Shown in pieces: positions 19,414-28,147 of a stretch of 64,000 nt of DNA. The stretch comes from Deltaproteobacteria bacterium. Its GTDB lineage: Bacteria; Desulfobacterota; Binatia; HRBIN30; JACQVA1. Where the stretch lies: positions 4,951-68,950 of the forward strand of contig JACOST010000028.1 of NCBI GenBank assembly GCA_016178705.1, read 5' to 3'. The notes under the pieces are model-generated. The model was not told the DNA's origin and did not search any database. It saw nothing but the letters and a program-made list of their open reading frames with translations. The position numbers and the translations under genes were made by a program. How positions within the stretch are numbered: the stretch's first letter is position 1; each line of letters begins with the position of its first letter.

Positions 19414-22400
19414 TCAGAACTGCCAGCGGATCGGCAACCGCGGATCGGGGCGGTAGCTGCAGTAGGTCCCGGTCTTGATGGTGGTGGCGAGGTAGCGCCC
19501 AAGGTGGGCATCGCCGTCGCTGATGCGCTTGATCGTGGTCTTGATGGCGCGGGTCACGTTCACCCGCGCACGTTCGGCATCGGCGGCGCGTGCGGAGCCG
19601 CGGTTACCCAAGCCTGCGCCGGCCGCCAGTTGGTCGGCGAACATCTCGATCTCTTCGCGCAGTTTGCTCGCGCGCCCGAGGTCGTTAAATCGAGTCGCCT
19701 CGTCCAATTGGTCGCGCAGGTCTTCGATGCGCTGCTTGTCGGTGGTGCGTGCGCGCCCTTCGATTGCTGTCGCTGATGCCGTCGCCGGCGCCGCTAAATC
19801 AGTGGCGTGGAACTCGCGGCCGGGATGCTGCAGCAGTTGGCTGAGACAGCGCAGCCCCTTGGAATCCTTGAGGCGCAACAGAGTCGCGCCGCTACCGACG
19901 CTCCAGTACTGTCCCTCGAAGTGAAAGAGGCCGCGCACGCTGTCGAGTTGGTTGTCCTTCGCAGGTGACTGCTGGTGGTCAGAACCCGCGTGCGGCTCGG
20001 GTTGCCTGCGTTTGCTCTGCGGGCTGATCGTCCGAGCGGAACGCACGAGCCGGAGGCCTCCGCTCGCCGCCGCAACCGGGATCGGCTCTTCCAGTTCAGC
20101 GACAGCATGATCGCCCTCGGTGCGTACATCCAAGGTGCGCAGCTGCATCGCGAGGCTGACCATGCCGAGCGCTTCCGCTGTCGCGAGTGCGTGCGCCGCC
20201 AGGTCGCGCGCGCGCAGATGATCGCCGACGCGGCCGCGCGTCAACAGCGCGCAAGTGTAGGCGTACTGCGTGCGAGCGAGCCATGGTGGGCCGTCCATGC
20301 GGGCGTTGCGCGCCAATGCATCCTCGAAGTGCCGCGCCGCATCGTCCCATCGTGCCATCGTCGCCGCGAGGATGCCGAGATAGTGAGTCGCGGCACCGAA
20401 GCTGACGCTGGCCGCGTAGGCAATGGTGCTATCGACGTAGGGGAGCAACAGATCGTACAAGATGGCCGCGCGTCGATTATCGCGCAGGTATGCGCAGACT
20501 TCGGACAAGTACGGCAACACGCCCAGACGGCGTTCGCGCTGGAGATCGGCAAACTCGTGGTGCGCGACCTGTTCGAACTCGTAGCGGGCTTCCGCCTCCT
20601 GGTCCAACTCGCGGTGGACAAGTGCGAGAAATGTGCGCGGCACAGGGCTGAAGGGATAGCGTTCGACGAACACGTGGAGCATCGGCAACTGTCCTTCCAG
20701 TTGGCGGAGCTCGCGCTGTGCCACGAATGCTTGCACGAGGGGGTTGAGCCGAATCTCGGCGCGCTCGGCGAGCGGCGTGGCTTCCTGCGCGAGGGCGATG
20801 GCCTCGGTCCACTGTCCGCGCCACAGCGCTCGCATTGCGCGCAGGTTCGCGCCCATCCAGCGGTAGCGCGAACGACCCAACGCGGCGGCGAGCGGAGGAT
20901 AGGTTGCCAGCTCGGCGTCCAAACGATCGCCGTCACCGCCGTTCATCAGATCGATCAGGCGCCACATGCGCCCTTGGATCGCCAGCTCGCGGTCGCCGAG
21001 GCGATCGCCGAGTTGCGTAATCTCGTCGGCGATGGTGAGCCGGTCGGCGAGGTAGTCCGACCGCCACAGCACGAAGTGCTGCGCACTCAGCACGTGCGCC
21101 AGCGTCACCGGGTCGGCAAGCTCGCGCGCCATCGCCAGCGCGTGTCCAACCAAGGTGATGCCGCGCTCTCGATCGGAGACCGCCAGTTCCGCTGCCAAGC
21201 GCGCCAGCAAGCGGGCGCGCACAGCGGTCGGATCGCTGCCGAGGCCGGCGAGCGCTTCTTCGATCAGGGCCGCGACGGTGGGATCGGCGATGGATTGCGG
21301 CGCGCCGACCCCGCGGTCGGCGAAGCCGAGGGCGGCGCGCGCGAGCAGCGCCGGCGCCGCTAGGCGTCGAGCGATGGTGGCGGCGTGCGCAAACGTCGCG
21401 CGCGCGTCTTGATCGCGCCCACTGCCGAGTTGCGCTTCGCCGAGTCCGAGGAGCACCTCGCACCCCGCGGCATCCGTTTGGGTGTCGGTGAGGGCGAGCG
21501 CTTCGAGGGCGCGCTCGAACTGAATGGCGGCCTCTTCGTACGCGAACAGCGCGGCGGCGCGCTCCCCGGCGCGCACCGCGTAGCTGATGGCCTGGTGCGG
21601 ATCGCCGAGCGGTGTCGCGTGGAGAAAATGGTGCGCGATCTCGGCGTAGTGGGGTGCGAGATCGGCTGCGTCGAGTCGCTCCAAAATCTCCGCGACCTGT
21701 TGATGCATGCGGGCACGTTCACTCGGCGACAGATCACTGTACAACGTCTCGCGGATCAGCGTGTGCTGGAAGCTGTACCGCGACGATGCTCCGGGGAGCG
21801 TGGTGACGATGGCATTCGTGGACGCCTCGCCCAACAGATCGAGGAGCTGCGCCGCCGGTCGTTCGCACATCGCTAGCAGTGGTGCGAAGTCGAACTCTCG
21901 CCCGAGTACTGCGGCGATGTTGAGAACACGACGGCAGGCCGGTGAGAGTGGGCGCAAGCGCTGGCGGATCGCGTCGCCGACACCGTGCGGAATGGGCAAT
22001 CCATCGGGCGGGATCTCGGACAACCGAGCGGCGTGTTGCACGACCAATGTGCGCACCACTTCGTCGATGAAGAGCGGATTGCCTTCCGTTGTCTGATGCA
22101 CGGCTGCGACCACCGCGCGCGATGGCGCCAGCGCGAAGCCAGCCGTAATGAAGCGCGCGACATCATCGGCCGACAAGCCGCCGAGCGGCACGCGATGTCC
22201 TTCGCGGGCAATCGCCGCCAGCGTCTGCGCACACTCCGGGCGCGACGGCATCTCGATGTCGCGATACGTCCCGGCGATCAGCAGGTGCGCATCGCGCAGC
22301 TCGCGGGCGATGAACTGGAGCAGCAGGAGCGACGGTTGATCGGACGCGTGGAGGTCGTCGAGGATGAGCACAAGTGGACGCGCCGCGCCCGCACGCTTGA

Positions 22401-22926
22401 GCAGCCCACCGACGGCGCCGAACTGAGCGAAGCGCGCGTGTTCGGACGATAGCGCGGGTGGTGTCGGCGCCGGAAGATCCGGTTGCCACTCGATCAACTC
22501 GGGCACCAATTGCGCGATCAGCCCGGCCGTATCGCCGAGCAATTCGGTGCGCGCGGCGGGACCACGATCCCGCAGCACAGCGCGAATGATCTGCACCCAC
22601 GGCCAGTATGCGGGCGCTCCGCCACCTTCCCAACAGCGGCCCCAGAGAACCTGCGCGCCGCGCCGGGCGGCTTCGGCGGTCAGTTCCTCCGCGAGTCGCG
22701 TCTTGCCGATGCCGGGCTCGCCGGCGATGAGGAACACCCGCCCGCGCCCTGCCGCGGCATCGGCCAGTCCGGAGTAGAGTTCAGTGAGTTCGCGCTCGCG
22801 GCCAACAAACGATCGCGCCGTGAGCCGATGGAGCGCCTGGTTTGATTCGTTTTCCACCGGTTGTCCCGCGGCGTGCACTACTCTCGCCGCGGTCGCCTGT
22901 GTAGGTGCGGCGGCCGGGTTGGTCAA
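19414..22926 (-). CDS. STAND (AAA_16-type) ATPase-TPR regulator with C-terminal putative DNA-binding domain
   Basis: FVGRERE, GEPGIGKT, LILDDLH, GNPLF, FQHTLIRETLY, TPR helices, C-terminal KGLRCLSQLLQHPG...ERARVNVTRAI...IKTGTYCSY; TTG start uncertain. Confidence 0.88.
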   Translation of the reverse strand: MTNPAAAPTQATAARVVHAAGQPVENESNQALHRLTARSFVGRERELTELYSGLADAAAGRGRVFLIAGEPGIGKTRLAEELTAEAARRGAQVLWGRCWEGGGAPAYWPWVQIIRAVLRDRGPAARTELLGDTAGLIAQLVPELIEWQPDLPAPTPPALSSEHARFAQFGAVGGLLKRAGAARPLVLILDDLHASDQPSLLLLQFIARELRDAHLLIAGTYRDIEMPSRPECAQTLAAIAREGHRVPLGGLSADDVARFITAGFALAPSRAVVAAVHQTTEGNPLFIDEVVRTLVVQHAARLSEIPPDGLPIPHGVGDAIRQRLRPLSPACRRVLNIAAVLGREFDFAPLLAMCERPAAQLLDLLGEASTNAIVTTLPGASSRYSFQHTLIRETLYSDLSPSERARMHQQVAEILERLDAADLAPHYAEIAHHFLHATPLGDPHQAISYAVRAGERAAALFAYEEAAIQFERALEALALTDTQTDAAGCEVLLGLGEAQLGSGRDQDARATFAHAATIARRLAAPALLARAALGFADRGVGAPQSIADPTVAALIEEALAGLGSDPTAVRARLLARLAAELAVSDRERGITLVGHALAMARELADPVTLAHVLSAQHFVLWRSDYLADRLTIADEITQLGDRLGDRELAIQGRMWRLIDLMNGGDGDRLDAELATYPPLAAALGRSRYRWMGANLRAMRALWRGQWTEAIALAQEATPLAERAEIRLNPLVQAFVAQRELRQLEGQLPMLHVFVERYPFSPVPRTFLALVHRELDQEAEARYEFEQVAHHEFADLQRERRLGVLPYLSEVCAYLRDNRRAAILYDLLLPYVDSTIAYAASVSFGAATHYLGILAATMARWDDAARHFEDALARNARMDGPPWLARTQYAYTCALLTRGRVGDHLRARDLAAHALATAEALGMVSLAMQLRTLDVRTEGDHAVAELEEPIPVAAASGGLRLVRSARTISPQSKRRQPEPHAGSDHQQSPAKDNQLDSVRGLFHFEGQYWSVGSGATLLRLKDSKGLRCLSQLLQHPGREFHATDLAAPATASATAIEGRARTTDKQRIEDLRDQLDEATRFNDLGRASKLREEIEMFADQLAAGAGLGNRGSARAADAERARVNVTRAIKTTIKRISDGDAHLGRYLATTIKTGTYCSYRPDPRLPIRWQF

Positions 22927-22972
22927 GAGACGCGAGTAGCAACAAGGAAGCGGGCAGGCGTAAACGAGAAGA

Positions 22973-22998
22973 GTCGGCCCGCCTTGCGGCGGGCCGAC
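22973..22998 (-). terminator. Intrinsic terminator after the second secreted-protein gene
   Basis: 11-bp stem gtcggcccgcc/ggcgggccgac with a 4-nt loop, followed on the minus strand by TCTTCTCGTTT. Confidence 0.65.
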
Positions 22999-23056
22999 CG
23001 GTTCGCGGCTCGGCGCACTTCGGGAGAGCGCGCCGAGCCGTGAATAGGAAGATTCG

Positions 23057-24160
23057 TCAGTCCTTCGTCAAAGCGATCGCGAGCGCCAGCGGATGAAAGG
23101 GATCGCTGAACGAAACCTTTGAATACTGGCCGGCCAGACCGCCGGGGAAGAGCGAGTTCATAGTGAGGTTCTCGTTCGAGCTCCCGCCCGTCTTGTTGTA
23201 GAAAAATGCCCGCGGGCTCGCCACGGTTGCAATCACCGATGCGGTCGAAAGGAGATTCTTCTTGAGATCGGTGATCTTCAACTGCCCGCTGACCACTTCA
23301 ACTTTGATCTGCACTTGCCGATGATCGTTGGTCAGGTCGTTGTCGGCGTGACCGCTCCACGTACCGATCAAGTCGGCCGCGATACCGGGCGGATTGATGA
23401 GGCCGGTGGTCGGCGTCGCCGTCTGCGTCGGCAGATTGGTGTGCGTCGGGACCGGAGTGTTGGTCGGTATCAGTGACGTTGGCGTGATGGTCGGCGTCGG
23501 TGTTTGCGTCGCCGTCGGCGGGTGTGTTCGCGTCGGCGTAGGAGTGCTGCCGTCGCCGGTGACGATCGAACCCGTGAACACGGTACCGTCCAGGTTGACG
23601 CTGAGTGACCCGCCGCCGTGGAGACCGGGGAACGTACCGCCGAGATGGACGTTGTGAGTGCCGTCGCCGTCGGTGAAGCTGCCGTCGATGCTAAACGTGC
23701 CATTGTCGAGGTCGACCGAGCCGCTCAGCGACACGATCGCGATCACTGCGGCCGCGTTGCCCTGATCGAAGAGCGACGCCGACGCGGCTGAACGGATCGT
23801 CATGGTGCCGGTGACTTGGCCGTTGCCTTGTGCGACCAGATTGATGATGCCGGTCTGGCCATTGGCGAGCGCGACGGTACCGTAGAACTGGCCGGTGAAC
23901 GGACACGTCCCCAAGGCGTTGTTGACGGCGAGCACTAGCTCTTCAACTGTGACAGACTGGTCGTTGTTACTGTCGAATTGGTTGCACTGGGTGACCAAGA
24001 TGCTGCCGAGAGCGATGTTGACGCCCTGCACCAGCTCTTCGACCGTGACGACTCCGTCACTGTTGCAATCCCCATCGCATCCGGCGGCCAGCGCGCGTGG
24101 GCCGGTTGCTGCCAGTCCCAGCGCGGCCAATACGATCAACGTCCCGAATCGCTTGATCAT
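23057..24160 (-). CDS. Secreted protein paralog: dockerin/EF-hand-like N-terminus, beta-rich domain, Pro/Thr linker, distinct small C-terminal domain
   Basis: SD GGGAGG then MIKRFGTLIVLAALG...; CDGDCNSDGVVTVEELVQGVNIALG; N-terminal half aligns with 17745-19304; C-terminus LIGTWSG... unrelated. Confidence 0.85.
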   Translation of the reverse strand: MIKRFGTLIVLAALGLAATGPRALAAGCDGDCNSDGVVTVEELVQGVNIALGSILVTQCNQFDSNNDQSVTVEELVLAVNNALGTCPFTGQFYGTVALANGQTGIINLVAQGNGQVTGTMTIRSAASASLFDQGNAAAVIAIVSLSGSVDLDNGTFSIDGSFTDGDGTHNVHLGGTFPGLHGGGSLSVNLDGTVFTGSIVTGDGSTPTPTRTHPPTATQTPTPTITPTSLIPTNTPVPTHTNLPTQTATPTTGLINPPGIAADLIGTWSGHADNDLTNDHRQVQIKVEVVSGQLKITDLKKNLLSTASVIATVASPRAFFYNKTGGSSNENLTMNSLFPGGLAGQYSKVSFSDPFHPLALAIALTKD

Positions 24161-24196
24161 GATGATCCTCCCCAGTCGGGGGGGCGTAACAAATCG

Positions 24197-24227
24197 TTGA
24201 ACAGTGTTCAATTCGGTTGAACGAATG
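24197..24227. promoter_or_regulatory. Candidate operator: TTGAACA-G-TGTTCAA plus downstream TGAAC
   Basis: Palindrome 24197-24211, extra TGAAC at 24218; shared with 19370-19402. Confidence 0.65.
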
Positions 24228-24306
24228 AAAATTTTGGCTTGTAGGTGTGCAATCATCGCTCGCCATCTCGTGGCTTGCACAAGAAGAATTGAGCGATCTC
24301 CCCGCT

Positions 24307-24383
24307 CGTCATTCCGGCGAAAGCCGGAATCCAGGCACGGACCCCACGCGTCGCCTGGATACCGGCCTTCGCCGGTATGACGA
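24307..24383. repeat. Inverted REP doublet (CGTCATTCCGGCGAAAGCCGGAATCCAGG type)
   Basis: cgtcattccggcgaaagccggaatccagg ... cctggataccggccttcgccggtatgacg. Confidence 0.8.
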
Positions 24384-24434
24384 CCCACTGTGAAAGCGCG
24401 TTGAGCAGGGACAAACGCGCCCAAACAATTCCAG

Positions 24435-27400
24435 CTACAAGCGCCAGCTCTTCGGCCAACGTGGATCGGGTGTGTAGGAACAGAACGTGCCGGTCTTGAT
24501 GGTGGTGCTGAGATGCCGGCCCAACGCTGAATCGCCGTCGGCAATTCGTTTCAGCACCGCTTTGATGGCGCGGGTGACGTTGACGCGAGCGCGTTCGGTT
24601 GCCGATGGCCCGCTGCGTGTACGACCGTGCAGACCAACCGCCCGCGCGAGTTCGCGCGTCAGAAACTCGATCTCGTTTTGTGTGCTGGTAATCCGCCCGA
24701 GGTCGTTGAAGCGGGTGGCTTCTTCCAACTCTGCGCGAAGACTTTGCAACTGGCGCTTGTATGCCGCCCGTGCTTGCGGGTCCAGCAGTGCCCCAAGGTC
24801 GCCGAGATTGCCGGCGCGCAACCCGAGTTGTTGCCGTTGCTCGTCGCTGAGTTGGTCGATCTGCGCCGCGGCGGGAGTCACACTGTCGGGCTTGTGAGCG
24901 ATCAAGTCGAGCGCATGAAATTCCCGGCTTGGGTGGCGCAAGAGATGTGCGATGTAGCGCAGACCCTTGGTGTCCTTGAGGCGGAGTGGGGCCATCCCTT
25001 CGCCGACGGTCCAGAACTCCCCTTCCAGACGAAAGCTGCACTCGGCAGTCGTAGCGCCGGTGGTCGCCGGGGAATGCTGCGGTGGAGCCGCGGTGATGGC
25101 TCGCCCGCGGTGTTTCGCCGGGAAACTCAGCACGCGGCCGCGAGTGGAAGCGCCCGACGGCTCCGCATCGTGCAGCGCGGAGGCATCGCCGCTGGCGAGC
25201 GCGCGGGTGATCGGTTCGCGCTGCTGCGCCGATGACGGCTCCAGACGCGCTACGTCGGCCAATGCTTGCGCGCGCTCGGCGAGCGGCGTCATCCCCAACT
25301 CGCGCGCGGTGTCGTGGGCGTGCTGCAACAGATCGCGCGCGTGTTCGCGGGAATTCGCGGCACGGAGCGCGGGCCCCGCATCCACTAGCATGCGAGCGTA
25401 GGCGTACTCGGTGGCGGCCACCGCCGGCCGGCCTCCGGCGGCTAGACTGCGCGCGCGCGCATCTTCGAAGTGTTTCGCGGCCTCATCCCATCTCTCCAAG
25501 GTTGTGGCCAGGAGACCGAGGGCGTGGAAGCCCGGGCCGAAGCAGTGCCGCGGACCGAACGAGATGAAGCGCGAACCAAACCGGAACAGTCGCTCATACA
25601 GCAGGGCCGCCGCGTGGCGATCGCCGAAGTGCGCGCACAGCTCCGCCAACCACGGCAGCATCGGTAGGAGCGCGTTGGTGCGCACGAGATCGACGAAGTC
25701 GTCGGCCGCCAGGCGACCGTACTCGGCCCGGGCCTCGGCGTCGTGTCCCTGGTCGATCTGTATCAACGCCAGCGCGCAGCGGATGATCGGCACGTGCGGC
25801 ATCTGTTCGACCCCGCGCCGCGCGATCATTTCCGCGACCTCGTACTGGCCGAGCGCCCGCTTCGCCACGTAGGCCTGAAAGCCGACGCTGCCCAGCGCAG
25901 TGTCGTCGCGCACCCGCTCGGCGAGTGCGCCAATCTCTTGGCCAAGCGCGTCGCTTTCGGCGAAGCGCCCGAGCCACAGGGCACGCATCGCTCGCAGCAT
26001 GATGGTGTTGCTGAGGTAGCGGGGTTGGCGCAGCTCGTCGGCGAGTCGACTGCACGCGTCGAGTTCGCGTTCCCACTCGCCGCCACCCACTCCCATCTCA
26101 ATGACGTCGAGCAACCGCCAGGTGTGCGCTTGCAGTGCAAGCTCACGATCGTCGGCACTCTCGGCGAGCTGAATGCCCTCGTTGGCGAGGCTGAGCCGCT
26201 CGTCGACGTCGGGCGAATCCCACAGCGCGAAATGGCGCGCATTGACGGCGTAGGCCAAAGCCGCCGACTGGCCGCAGCGGCGCGCCATCTCGACCGCTTG
26301 CCGGCTCAGTGCGGCGCGCCGCTCCTCGGCGTCCGAGAAGTACAGTTCGGCCGCCAGCCGCGCCAGTATCCGTGCGCGCAGAGGATGGTCGTGCTCGGCC
26401 AACCGCACCAGCGCTTCTTCGAGCGCGGCCACCAGAACCGGGTCGACGACTCCACCGCGCGGCAGTCCGTGACCGATGCCGCCGAGCGCGAGCACCGCCC
26501 GCGCGAACGAGTCGGACGCATTCGCGTACCGTGCGCGCTCTGCCGCACGCAGAAACGTCTCCCGCGCCTCGCTGGTGTGCCAGGCGCGCGCCTGCGCGTT
26601 GCCCAACGCCAGCAGCAGCTCGAACTCCCGCTGGGGGTCTGGGGCCCCGAGGACGAGGGCGTCGAGAGTGCGTGTGTAGTGCGCTGCCGCGTCTTCGTAC
26701 GCCAACAAGTCCGCCGCGCGGCGCCCGGCGCGCTCACCGTAGGTGATGGCCTTGGTCAGGTCGCCGGCGGGCGCGGCCTGGAGAAAATGATGGGCGAGCT
26801 CGGCGACATGGGCGTCGGGGTCGGTGGCCGACAGCGTCTCCAACACCTCGCCGATGCGTTGGTGCAAACTCAAACGTTGTGCCGCCGGCAGATCGTCGTA
26901 CACGGTCTGCCGAATCAGCATGTGCGTAAAACTGTACCGAGTGGTGATCCCCGGTAGCTTGGTGACGATGCCCGCGGTGATCGCTTCGCTGAGGATGTCG
27001 AGGACGTCGGGTGCGGGCAGCTCGGACACCCGTTGCAGCGTCAGCAGATCGAAGTCGCGACCGATCACCGCGGCTATGCTCACCACGCGCTGACAGGTCG
27101 CCGACAGCGGTCGCAGCCGCTCGTGCGTGACTTCACGAATCCCGGCTGGAATCCTCAGGCGCTCCGCGGTCGCATCAGCGAGTGTCAGGTCGCGTCCTTC
27201 TGCCAGCAGCCAGCGCACGACTTCATCGACGAAAAATGGATTGCCGTCAGTGGTGCGGTGCAGGGTCGTGATGACCGCGGGCGGTGGCGCGATCACAAAC
27301 GTGCGTTGAATAAAATGAGCGACGTCGGGTTCGGGCCAGCCGCTGAGTGGTAGGCGGTGGCCGTTGCGGGCCACGTCGCTCAGCAGGCGCGCGCACTCAG

Positions 27401-28034
27401 GTTGACGTCGCACCTCGACCTCACGGTAGGTGCCGATCAGCAGCACTCGCGCGCTGCGCAGTTCCCGTGCGGCGAACTGCAGCAACAACAGCGACGGGTC
27501 ATCGGCCGCGTGCAGATCGTCGAGCAGGATCACGAGCGGCTGGTCCACTGCCACCCGCTGCAGGAACGTGGTCGTCGCATCGAACAACGGAAAGCGGGCC
27601 TGTTCGGACTCGATCGTCGACGCCTGCGATCCGGCCGGAATGCCGGCCACGCGCTGTCGCAGGTCGGGCACCAGGGACGCGATGCACGACGCCCCGCCGC
27701 CGAGATGGTGCGCAAGTGCGTGTGGATCACGGTCGCGGATCAACGCGCGCAGGATCTGGATCCACGGCCAAAAGGCCGGCGCGCCGCCGCCTTCCCAACA
27801 CCGGCCCCACAGCACCTGCGCGCCACCGGCGCTCGCCGTTGCGGCGAGTTCTTCCGCCAGCCGCGTCTTGCCGATGCCCGGCTCGCCGACGATGAGGAAG
27901 ACGCGGCCGCGCCCGTTCAGCGCGTCGTCGAGTCCGGTGCGTAGCTCTGTCAGCTCGCGGTCGCGGCCGACGAAGGCGCGCGTGCCCGGGCGATCGGGGT
28001 CGGCGCTGGTGGTTGTCTGCCGAGGGTCACTCAC
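24435..28034 (-). CDS. STAND (AAA_16-type) ATPase-TPR regulator, paralog of 19414-22926
   Basis: FVGRDRE, GEPGIGKT, LLDDLH, GNPFF, TPRs, C-terminal KGLRYIAHLLRHPS...ERARVNVTRAI...IKTGTFCSY; GTG start chosen at VSDPR. Confidence 0.88.
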   Translation of the reverse strand: MSDPRQTTTSADPDRPGTRAFVGRDRELTELRTGLDDALNGRGRVFLIVGEPGIGKTRLAEELAATASAGGAQVLWGRCWEGGGAPAFWPWIQILRALIRDRDPHALAHHLGGGASCIASLVPDLRQRVAGIPAGSQASTIESEQARFPLFDATTTFLQRVAVDQPLVILLDDLHAADDPSLLLLQFAARELRSARVLLIGTYREVEVRRQPECARLLSDVARNGHRLPLSGWPEPDVAHFIQRTFVIAPPPAVITTLHRTTDGNPFFVDEVVRWLLAEGRDLTLADATAERLRIPAGIREVTHERLRPLSATCQRVVSIAAVIGRDFDLLTLQRVSELPAPDVLDILSEAITAGIVTKLPGITTRYSFTHMLIRQTVYDDLPAAQRLSLHQRIGEVLETLSATDPDAHVAELAHHFLQAAPAGDLTKAITYGERAGRRAADLLAYEDAAAHYTRTLDALVLGAPDPQREFELLLALGNAQARAWHTSEARETFLRAAERARYANASDSFARAVLALGGIGHGLPRGGVVDPVLVAALEEALVRLAEHDHPLRARILARLAAELYFSDAEERRAALSRQAVEMARRCGQSAALAYAVNARHFALWDSPDVDERLSLANEGIQLAESADDRELALQAHTWRLLDVIEMGVGGGEWERELDACSRLADELRQPRYLSNTIMLRAMRALWLGRFAESDALGQEIGALAERVRDDTALGSVGFQAYVAKRALGQYEVAEMIARRGVEQMPHVPIIRCALALIQIDQGHDAEARAEYGRLAADDFVDLVRTNALLPMLPWLAELCAHFGDRHAAALLYERLFRFGSRFISFGPRHCFGPGFHALGLLATTLERWDEAAKHFEDARARSLAAGGRPAVAATEYAYARMLVDAGPALRAANSREHARDLLQHAHDTARELGMTPLAERAQALADVARLEPSSAQQREPITRALASGDASALHDAEPSGASTRGRVLSFPAKHRGRAITAAPPQHSPATTGATTAECSFRLEGEFWTVGEGMAPLRLKDTKGLRYIAHLLRHPSREFHALDLIAHKPDSVTPAAAQIDQLSDEQRQQLGLRAGNLGDLGALLDPQARAAYKRQLQSLRAELEEATRFNDLGRITSTQNEIEFLTRELARAVGLHGRTRSGPSATERARVNVTRAIKAVLKRIADGDSALGRHLSTTIKTGTFCSYTPDPRWPKSWRL

Positions 28035-28147
28035 GTGGGGTTGGTTAGTACGTGATCGGACGCATACGTCAAGAGACGAATGCCCGAGTCGCCGACAATC
28101 GCGGACGCGCTGTCCGTGGTTTCGCTTTCGGCGGGCTCGCGCTAGGG

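Noticed and set aside
17745-24160. Cellulosome interpretation of the dockerin-like proteins
   Set aside because: No cohesin scaffoldin or glycoside hydrolase domains in the window
19414-28034. STAND pair as a known Avs antiphage system
   Set aside because: No nuclease, protease, SIR2 or TIR effector; the C-terminus looks regulatory and the context is not a defence island
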